From: an uncultured Candidatus Rokubacteria bacterium
GTDB lineage: Bacteria; Methylomirabilota; Methylomirabilia; Rokubacteriales; CSP1-6
NCBI GenBank assembly: GCA_963747235.1
Contig: CAVVEU010000004.1
Span: forward strand, 128,001 to 192,000
Reading direction: 5' to 3'
Length of the DNA: 64,000 nt
The notes below the pieces were generated by a model, which did not search any database, had not been told where the DNA came from, and saw only the letters and a program-made list of their open reading frames with translations. Of the stretch, positions 56,675 through 64,000 are shown one piece after another. A program made the position numbers and the translations under genes. Each line of letters opens with the position of its first letter. Position 1 is the first letter of the stretch.

Positions 56675-58015
56675 ATGCGCTGGATCTTCGGGATCGCCCT
56701 GGCCGCTTCCCTCCTGGCGATGGGCTGCAATGGCCCGGACTCGAGGGCCCGGGGCTCGATCAAGGCCGGGGATGAGGCGGCGCAGCAGCGGGCCCTCCGC
56801 GAGGCGCTGAACCACTACCGGACCGCCGCGGTGGCGGAGCCCGCCTCGGTCGAGGCCCAGATGCGGCGCGGCGCGATGGCGGAGCTGCTGGGCGAGTTCG
56901 ACGAGGCGCTCGAGGCCTACAGCCGCGCGAGCCGCCTGCAGCCCTCGGGCCTCGCCTACTACCGCGCCGGGGCCATGGCCGACCGCATGGGCAACACCGT
57001 GCTCGCCACCGAGTTCCTGAACGCCAGCCTGCAGGCGCCGCCCACCCGCGGCGAGCGGTGGGCGCAGAGCGGCCAGCACGCGATCGAGCGGATGACGCTG
57101 TCGCTCAACGGCTCGCGCTGGGGCCGCATGCTGCCCGACTGGGTGTTCCGCTCGCTCCACGCGAGCCGCGTGGTGCTGGCCAATGCCGTGCTCGATCGCG
57201 AGGTGGTGGCGGCGGCGCTCTTCACCACGCTGCTCGAGGCGGGCGAGCCGGAGCGCGCGCTGGAGGTGGCGCGCGGGCGTGGCTGGGTGCGCGAGGGCGC
57301 CGACTACTGCTCGGCCGCGCGCGGAGCGGTGGGGGCCGAGACGCGCGCCCTGGTCGGCATGCTCGCCGCGCCGGAGCGCGCGGACTGTCTCCTGCCGCTG
57401 GGGCGCGCGCTGACCGATGCCGACCTGGTCCGGCTCTCGCGCCTGGTGCTGCAGGACCGCATCCGCCGCGCGCCGGACGCGCGCGCGCGCCGCGAGGTCG
57501 AGACCTTCCTGCGGTATCGCCTGCCCGCGCACGACGTGCCCAAGACCGCCGAGTCGCTCAACGTCGCGGCCTACAACCTCCAGCACCGCTTCGGCGATCA
57601 GGGCGCGGCGGCGACCGCGTACCAGAAGGCGATCGCGGCCGATCCGAAGTTCTCCTGGCCCTACGCCAATCTCGGCCGCCTCTACATGGAGCTCGACCAG
57701 TACGATCTCGCGGTGGACTGGCTCTCCACCGCGATCCGCGTCAACCCGAACCACTTCCGCGCCCACGCCAACCTGGGCGTCGCGCTGCAGACGCTGCGGC
57801 GGTACGACGAGGCGGTGGCGGCCTACCGCGCCGCGCTCGCGCTCGATCCGGCCGACGCGGCCACCCACGCGAACCTGGGGCGCAGCCTGCTGAGCCTGGG
57901 TCGCGACCAGGAGGGCCTGCGCGCGGTGCAGACCGCGGTGCGTCTCGATCCGAGCCTCGAGGAGGAGCGCGAGCTCCTGACCCGGCGCCTCGCCGGCGGC
58001 TTCCGCCTGGACTGA
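56675..58015 (+). CDS. Tetratricopeptide-repeat protein, probable lipoprotein (start uncertain)
   Basis: MRWIFGIALAASLLAMGC lipobox-like end; repeated A..NLG....A...Y..A...DP units. Confidence 0.8.
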   Translation: MRWIFGIALAASLLAMGCNGPDSRARGSIKAGDEAAQQRALREALNHYRTAAVAEPASVEAQMRRGAMAELLGEFDEALEAYSRASRLQPSGLAYYRAGAMADRMGNTVLATEFLNASLQAPPTRGERWAQSGQHAIERMTLSLNGSRWGRMLPDWVFRSLHASRVVLANAVLDREVVAAALFTTLLEAGEPERALEVARGRGWVREGADYCSAARGAVGAETRALVGMLAAPERADCLLPLGRALTDADLVRLSRLVLQDRIRRAPDARARREVETFLRYRLPAHDVPKTAESLNVAAYNLQHRFGDQGAAATAYQKAIAADPKFSWPYANLGRLYMELDQYDLAVDWLSTAIRVNPNHFRAHANLGVALQTLRRYDEAVAAYRAALALDPADAATHANLGRSLLSLGRDQEGLRAVQTAVRLDPSLEEERELLTRRLAGGFRLD

Positions 58016-58038
58016 CGCCGCGGTATGGTGGGGCGCCC

Positions 58039-59271
58039 ATGCGCCCCGACCCGGCGGCCTCCCCCGCGCCTTCGTATCTCGCCCTCGGCGTCACCGTCGT
58101 CACCCTCGCGCTGGCCTACGGGGTCTGGTACGCCTACAGCGTCTTCCTGGTCGCGCTGCTGCGGGAGTTCGGCTGGAGCCGCTCGGTGCTGGCCGGCGCG
58201 TTCTCCATCTTCACGCTGGTCAGCGGCGGCGCCGGACCCGTGCTGGGCGCGCTCGCCGATCGCTTCGGGCCGCGCCGGCTCATCCTGATCGGCGGCGTGC
58301 TGCTGGCGGGCTCGCTCTGGGCGGACAGCCTGGTCACGCGCGCCTGGCACCTCTACCTGACCTTCGGCCTGCTCACCGCGGTCGGGGTGGCGACCGCGGG
58401 CTGGACGCCCGCCGTGGTCATGGTGCAGCGGCAGTGGAAGGCGCGCCTGGGCCTGGCCCTCGGCATCGCGGGCTCCGGAGTCGGCCTCGGCATCTTCCTG
58501 GTCGTCCCGCTCTGCCAGGCGCTGATCGACGGCGTCGGCTGGCGCTGGGCGTTCCGCACGCTCGCCATCCTGTGCGCGCTCTGGATCCTGCCCGCGACCT
58601 TCCTGGCCATCCGCGACACGCCGCCGTCGCCCCGCGAGCCCGCCGCGCGCGGCGAGGCGGGCCGGCCGCCCGCGGGCGAGCATTCGCTCGGGCTGGCGCT
58701 GGCGAATCCGTCCTTTCGACTCATCGGTCTTGCCGTCTTCCTCGGCAGCATCTGCAGCCAGACGCTTCACGTCCACCAGGCCGCCTTCCTGACCGATCAC
58801 GGCCTGCCGGCCATGACCGCCGCGTCGGTGATCAGCGTGGTGGGCGCCTCCAGCATCGTGGGCAAGACGGGCGGAGGCTGGATCTCGGATCATCTCTCGC
58901 GCGAGCTGGTCTACGCGCTCGGCATGATCGGCATGATCGTCGGCGTGGGCGTGCTCTGGCTGGTGGCGCTGGCCCCGTCGGCGTGGCTCGCGCTGGGCTA
59001 CGCGGTGCTGTTCGGCCTCGGCTACTCGGTCACCGCGTTCATCGTGCCCGCCATGATGAGCGACCGGTTCCGGGGCCCGCACTTCGGCTCGATCTTCGGC
59101 GCGACCCAGGTGGCGAGCGCGCTCGGCAGCGCCCTGGGCGCGTGGCTGGCCGGGCGGATCTTCGACGCGACGGGGAGCTACGCGATCGCGTTCTCGCTGG
59201 CCGCCGCGGCGGCCGGGGTGGCGGCGCTGTCGGTGTGGGCGGGGCGGTTGCGGGGGCCGGCGCGGCTCTAG
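58039..59271 (+). CDS. MFS transporter
   Basis: GALADRFGPRR motif A; about 12 TM segments. Confidence 0.9.
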   Translation: MRPDPAASPAPSYLALGVTVVTLALAYGVWYAYSVFLVALLREFGWSRSVLAGAFSIFTLVSGGAGPVLGALADRFGPRRLILIGGVLLAGSLWADSLVTRAWHLYLTFGLLTAVGVATAGWTPAVVMVQRQWKARLGLALGIAGSGVGLGIFLVVPLCQALIDGVGWRWAFRTLAILCALWILPATFLAIRDTPPSPREPAARGEAGRPPAGEHSLGLALANPSFRLIGLAVFLGSICSQTLHVHQAAFLTDHGLPAMTAASVISVVGASSIVGKTGGGWISDHLSRELVYALGMIGMIVGVGVLWLVALAPSAWLALGYAVLFGLGYSVTAFIVPAMMSDRFRGPHFGSIFGATQVASALGSALGAWLAGRIFDATGSYAIAFSLAAAAAGVAALSVWAGRLRGPARL

Positions 59272-59813
59272 GGGCTCTCGCCGCGCGCGGGCGCGACGAC
59301 GACGGCGTCCGACGGCTGGAGCCCGCGGCGCTCGCGAACGGACCGCGCGCGGGGTGCGGCGGCCGCGTGGTCCTCGGCCGACAGGACGCGCGCGGGCTCG
59401 GGGACCTCGGGCGCGCGGACGCGGGCCTTCGCGGGAGCGGGGACCGCGTCGCCGGGCGCGGGCTTGACGGCCGCCGGCCCGGGCGCGGGGGTGACCGCGG
59501 CGCGCGGCGCCGCGGGGACCGGGCGCGCGGAGGCGGACGCGCCGGGCGTCGGATCGGCATTCGGACCGGAGGCATCGAGATGCAGGAGATACGGCAGCGA
59601 GACGAGGACGACCATGCCCACCGCGGTCAGCAGCAGCGAGGCGCGCACCCAGCCGCGCGACAGCCAGCCTCCCGCCGGCTCCTCGTCCTGGCCGGTGAGC
59701 CAGCGGATCTCCTCCTGGAGCGCGGCCACTTCCGCGCGCAGCCGCGTGGCCTCGTCCTCGAGGCCGACGAGCCGCTGATCCACCGCGCTGATGTTGCGCT
59801 CCGGTGAGGCCAT
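59268..59813 (-). CDS. Hypothetical bitopic membrane protein (coiled coil, TM helix, Pro/Ala-rich tail)
   Basis: LVGLEDEATRLRAEVAALQEEI heptads; one hydrophobic segment; sigma54 motif directly upstream. Confidence 0.65.
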   Translation of the reverse strand: MASPERNISAVDQRLVGLEDEATRLRAEVAALQEEIRWLTGQDEEPAGGWLSRGWVRASLLLTAVGMVVLVSLPYLLHLDASGPNADPTPGASASARPVPAAPRAAVTPAPGPAAVKPAPGDAVPAPAKARVRAPEVPEPARVLSAEDHAAAAPRARSVRERRGLQPSDAVVVAPARGESP

Positions 59814-59826
59814 GACCCCTGAGAGG

Positions 59827-59842
59827 AGCAAGACGGAGGCCA
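59827..59842 (-). promoter_or_regulatory. sigma54 -24/-12 promoter
   Basis: Minus strand TGGCCTCCGTCTTGCT, GG-N10-GC, 13 nt before ATG 59813. Confidence 0.72.
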
Positions 59843-59927
59843 GCCCTTCGATGGCTGAAAAGTCGGCGGCTTATGCGGTGGGGGCGCACCTTCTTCGGCG
59901 CGATTCGCGTCAGAGCGGCGTCCGGCC

Positions 59928-60724
59928 ATGACGATTCCCGACATCCTGGCGCTCGACTTCGACGGCGTCTGCTGCGACGGACTGCGCGAGTACTTCGAGA
60001 CGAGCCGACGCACCTGCGCGCGCGTGTGGCCCGCGGAGGAGCCGCCCGCCGAGAGCGCCTTCGTGGCGTTCTGCGCGCTGCGCCCGGTGATCCTGAGCGG
60101 CTGGGAGATGCCGGTGCTCCTGCGCGCCATCGCGCGCGGGGTGCCGCGCGCGGAGATCCTGGGCGGCTGGGAGCGGGTGCGCGCGGAGCTCGTGGCGACG
60201 GGGTCGCCGAGCGGCGACGCGCTGATCGCGCGGCTCGGCCACGCGCTCGACGAGGTGCGCCACGCGTGGATCGCCGCCGACGAGGCGGGCTGGCTCGCGC
60301 TCCACGTCCCGTACGGCAGCGTGGACGAGCTGCGCCGCCTGGTGGCCGAGCCCGCGCGGAGCGTGCTGGTCACCACCAAGGAGGGCGGGTTCGCGCGGCG
60401 CATCCTGGATACCTGGGGGGTGCGGCTCGCCGACGTGCAGGGCAAGGAGACGGGCGTGCACAAGTGCCTGAACCTCCGCGCGCTGATCGCGGCGTGGACC
60501 GCCGAGCGCGGGAGCCGGCCGCGGCTGGCCTTCGTGGAGGACCGCCTCGAGACGCTCCAGCACGTGACCACGCATCCGGATCTGGACGACGTGGCGCTCT
60601 TCCTCGCCGCCTGGGGCTACAACACGGAGGCGGCGCGGGCGGCCGCGCGCGCGGATTGCGCGGATCCGCCTGCTCACGCTGGAGCAGTTCCGGCAGGGCT
60701 CCGCAGCTGGCCGTGCCATGGTGA
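59928..60724 (+). CDS. HAD-superfamily hydrolase (frameshift near 60658; end approximate)
   Basis: ALDFDGV, VTTK, FVEDR, WGYN. Confidence 0.82.
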
Positions 60725-60746
60725 CCGCTCGGTCGCGCGGCCGGCT

Positions 60747-61270
60747 TCACCTGGCCCTGGGATGCCGCCTTCGAGCAGGTCCATCTTCTTGCCGACCAGC
60801 GGCCAGGTATCGGAGAACCGCTCGCCGCCGTTGTCGCTCGTGAACACGACCAGCGTGTCGCGATCCGCCCCCGCCGCCTTCAGCGCCTTGAGGATGCGCC
60901 CGATGCCCTCGTCCATCTGGCGGATCATGGTGAGGTAGGTCACGACGGAGCCGCCGTCGAAGTGATAGAGCTTCCCGATGCGCTTCGACTCCGTCTCGTC
61001 CTCGCGGGTGAGCCAGGGCCAGTGGGGCGCGTTGTAGTGCACCGACAGGAAGAAGGGGCCCTTGCGCTCGCGGCCGATGAACTCGACCGCCCGGTCGGAA
61101 ATGAGGTCCGTCAGGTATCCCTTCCGATGCACCGCGACGTCGTTTTCGTACAGGTCGTGGTTGTTCGCGGTGTCGCGGTGACTGAAGTAGTCCATGCCTC
61201 CTGAGAGAGCGCCGAAGAACTCCTGGTAGCCGCTCCGGAGCGGCCCGAAGTGCGGCGGGTAGCCGTGACC
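60747..61270 (-). pseudogene. Internal fragment of an arylsulfatase-like gene
   Basis: GYPPHFGP..GYQEFFG, PFFLSVHYNAPHWP, FTSDNGG, GKK..LLEGGI; lacks the N-terminal CxPxR region and the C-terminal half. Confidence 0.75.
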
Positions 61271-61356
61271 GCATTCTTGTATCCGCTCGGCTCGCCTGCG
61301 GCTGCGCCTCGCCCTGCCCTTGTCCGCGCGCGCGGCCTGTGGCATGGTCTGTCGCC

Positions 61357-62601
61357 ATGAAGATCGCGCGCGTGGAAGCCCTGCACTGTGACGGCGGCTG
61401 GCGGCCCTGGACCTTCGTTCGCGTCGAGACCGACGATGGCCTCGTGGGCTGGGGGGAATGCAGCGACAACCGGAGCCCGTACGGCATCGCGGGCTCGGTG
61501 CAGGACCTGACCCCGCTGCTGATCGGTCAGGATCCGCGGCCGGTCGAGCGCCTGTACTGGGACATGCTGCGGGCCACGCGCCAGAACCTGGGCGGCGTGA
61601 GCCACAAGGCGATGGCCGGCATCGAGCTGGCGCTCTGGGACATCAAGGCCAAGGCCCTCGGCGTGCCGGTCTACGAGCTCTTCGGCGGCCCGATGCGCGA
61701 CCGCATGCGGCTGTACTGGTCGCACTGCGGGACGACGCGGGCGCGGCTCGGCCACGTGCTGGGCACGCCGCCGCTGCGCACCTACGCCGACATCACCGCG
61801 CTCGGCAAGGAAGTGGTGGCCCGCGGCTTCACCGCGCTCAAGACCAACATGGTGATCCCGGGCGATCCGGCCACCGTGTACTTCCCGGGCTTCGCGAGCG
61901 GCATCAACTCGACGGACGGCGCCCCCACCGTGGAGATCCTCGACGCGATCGAGCGCCTGATCGGCACCTTCCGCGACGCGGTGGGGCCCGAAGGTCGGCC
62001 TCTGCCTCGATCTCAACTACAACTTCCGCACCGAGGGCGTGCTGCGGGTGGCCAAGCTGCTCGAGCAGTTCGACATGCAGTGGGTCGAGTACGACAACTG
62101 GGACCCGCAGGCGCTGCTGCAGATCAAGCAGTCGACCTCCACGCGCCTCGCTTCGCTGCGAGAGCCTGGTGACCACGCGCCAGTACCGGCCCTTCCTCGA
62201 GCTGCACGCGGTGGACGTGGCCATCATCGACGTGCCGTGGAACGGCTTCTCCCAGGCGGTCCAGATCGGGCGCATGGCCGAGACCTACGAGATCAACATC
62301 GCGCCCCACAACTACTACAGCCACCTGGCCGATCTCCATTCGCTCCACCTCTGCGCGGTGCTGCCCAACGTGCGCATCATGGAGATCGACATCGACGACG
62401 TGTCGTGGAAGGCGGACCTGGTGACGAAGCCGCCGGTGGTGAAGGACGGCCACATCTTCCTGCCCTCGGGGCCCGGGCTGGGGCGCCGACATCAACGAGG
62501 AGGTCCTGCGCGCGCATCCCTGGCCGGGGCCGGGCGACCGCGCGCGGAGCTTCTACGGCATGAGCCCCGAGCAGATGCGGGCGCGCCCGTCCGCTACGTG
62601 A
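61357..62601 (+). CDS. Mandelate racemase / muconate lactonizing enzyme family protein (three frameshifts)
   Basis: VETDDGLVGWGE, ALWDIKAKALGVPVYELFGG, LDLN, WVE, PGWG-like end. Confidence 0.88.
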
Positions 62602-63232
62602 CCTTCGGCTCGATCTTCCGGTGCAGCGCCTTCTCGGCCGCGCGCCAGAGATACCAGGCGGCCACCGAGCGGTAGGGCTCCCAGCGCGCGCCGTAGCGCC
62701 GGAGCTGCTTCGGGGTCGGCTGCTTGCGCCGGCCGTAGGCGATCTTGAAGCCCTCGCGCACCCCGAAGTCGTCCACCGGCAGCACGTCGGGGCGGCCGAG
62801 GGTGAACATCAGCAGCATCTCCACCGTCCACTGGCCGACCCCGCGCACCTGGACCAGCCGCTCGATCAGCTCGGCGTCGGTCAGGCGGTGGCAGGCGGCG
62901 CGGGTGGGAATCAGCCCGCTGCGCGTCTTGCGCGCGATGTCCTTGATCGAGCGGGTCTTCGCCCGCGAGAACCCCGCGCGGCGCATCTTGCGCGCGTCCA
63001 CGGTGGCGATGTCCTCGGGCCGCGGGAAGCGCCGGCCCGGGAAGAGCGCGATGAAGCGCCCCAGGATCGCCTCGGCGGCCCGCCCGTGGATCTGCTGGTG
63101 CGCGATGGCCCGCACCAGCGTCTCGAACGGCGAGTGATTGCGCACCGCGAGGCCGCACGGCCCCACGCGCCGGATGAGCGCGCGCATCACCGGGTCCACG
63201 GTGGAGAGATGCCGGATCGCGGGACGGCTCAT
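62594..63232 (-). CDS. alkA: DNA-3-methyladenine glycosylase II family
   Basis: IAHQQI, HhH motif VRGVGQWT, PVDDFG, WEPYRSVAAWYLW. Confidence 0.9.
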   Translation of the reverse strand: MSRPAIRHLSTVDPVMRALIRRVGPCGLAVRNHSPFETLVRAIAHQQIHGRAAEAILGRFIALFPGRRFPRPEDIATVDARKMRRAGFSRAKTRSIKDIARKTRSGLIPTRAACHRLTDAELIERLVQVRGVGQWTVEMLLMFTLGRPDVLPVDDFGVREGFKIAYGRRKQPTPKQLRRYGARWEPYRSVAAWYLWRAAEKALHRKIEPKVT

Positions 63233-63258
63233 CGCCGCGTGACTGTAGCACAAGGTTA

Positions 63259-63287
63259 TTGACTTCTCTCCCGTGAGTCGCCACCAT
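63259..63287 (+). promoter_or_regulatory. sigma70-type promoter
   Basis: TTGACT, 17-nt spacer, CACCAT, 9 nt before ATG 63297. Confidence 0.6.
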
Positions 63288-63296
63288 CCGGAGGTC

Positions 63297-64000
63297 ATGC
63301 AGACCACGCCCGTGCGGTATCCCGATCCGGCGGTGCAGATCCTCGACGAGAGCTTCGCCAAGTACCGCGTCTTCAACGCGGCGGTGGAGCGCCTGGCCAC
63401 CGGGTTCCGCTGGGCGGAGGGGCCGGTGTGGTTCGGCGACGGCCGCTACGTGCTGTGGAGCGATATCCCGAACGATCGCATCATGCGCTGGGACGAGGAG
63501 ACCGGGGCCGTCTCCGTGTTCCGCAAGCCGTCGAACTTCTCGAACGGCAACACGCGCGATCGCCAGGGGCGGCTCGTCACCTGCGAGCACGACAGCCGGC
63601 GCGTGACCCGCACCGAGTACGACGGGGCGGTCACGGTGCTGATGGACTCGTTCGAGCACAAGCGGCTCAACTCCCCGAACGACGTGGTGGTCAAGTCGGA
63701 CGACAGCGTGTGGTTCACCGATCCGCCCTTCGGCGTGCTCGGCAACTACGAGGGCCACACCGCGGCGGTCGAGCTGCCCACGAACGTCTATCGCCTCGAT
63801 CCGCGGACCGGCAAGGCCACCGTGGCGACCGGCGACGTCCCGCGCCCGAACGGCCTCTGCTTCTCCCCCGACGAGAGCCGGCTCTACGTGGTCGTCTCGG
63901 GATCGATGCCGCGCGAGATCCGCGTGTTCGACGTGGTCGCGGGCGGCACCGCGCTGGCCAACGGGCGCGTCTTCATCAACACCGGGGCCGGCATCCCCGA
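63297..64000 (+). CDS. SMP-30/gluconolactonase family protein (partial, runs off window end)
   Basis: Read directly: MQTTPVRYPDP, WAEGPVW, SDIPN, SNGN, LNSPNDV, PNGLCFSPD. Confidence 0.9.
   Translation, partial: MQTTPVRYPDPAVQILDESFAKYRVFNAAVERLATGFRWAEGPVWFGDGRYVLWSDIPNDRIMRWDEETGAVSVFRKPSNFSNGNTRDRQGRLVTCEHDSRRVTRTEYDGAVTVLMDSFEHKRLNSPNDVVVKSDDSVWFTDPPFGVLGNYEGHTAAVELPTNVYRLDPRTGKATVATGDVPRPNGLCFSPDESRLYVVVSGSMPREIRVFDVVAGGTALANGRVFINTGAGIP

Overview
High-GC (roughly 70% by eye), gene-dense bacterial chromosomal window with no rRNA, tRNA, CRISPR array, phage or transposase gene that I can see. Gene content and intergenic palindromes resemble soil Candidatus Rokubacteria (Methylomirabilota), which is an inference. 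About 55 CDS, mostly accessory metabolism: four luciferase-like oxidoreductases, a Baeyer-Villiger monooxygenase, two ThDP enzymes, amidohydrolases, a LigAB-like ring-cleavage dioxygenase with cupin, MmgE/PrpD and an ABC importer, and a kinase / receiver / adenylate cyclase signalling operon. Many genes are split by 1-nt indels (about 35 by my count, clustered at 2-31 kb, 49-52 kb and 60-62.5 kb), most likely long-read consensus errors that also create false fusions in the ORF track. Main observations: (1) an operon at 8.9-14.6 kb encoding a three-gene, re-ordered PlsA/PlsR (Ger)-type ether-lipid/plasmalogen reductase-like system led by a diiron acyl-desaturase-like ferritin-fold protein; (2) eight sigma54 -24/-12 motifs, all in front of envelope, secreted or small uncharacterised genes, suggesting a large sigma54 regulon; (3) many metabolic genes with a -10 box 6-9 nt before the start codon and no Shine-Dalgarno, suggesting leaderless mRNAs. 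All calls come from reading motifs by eye; no database searches were run.
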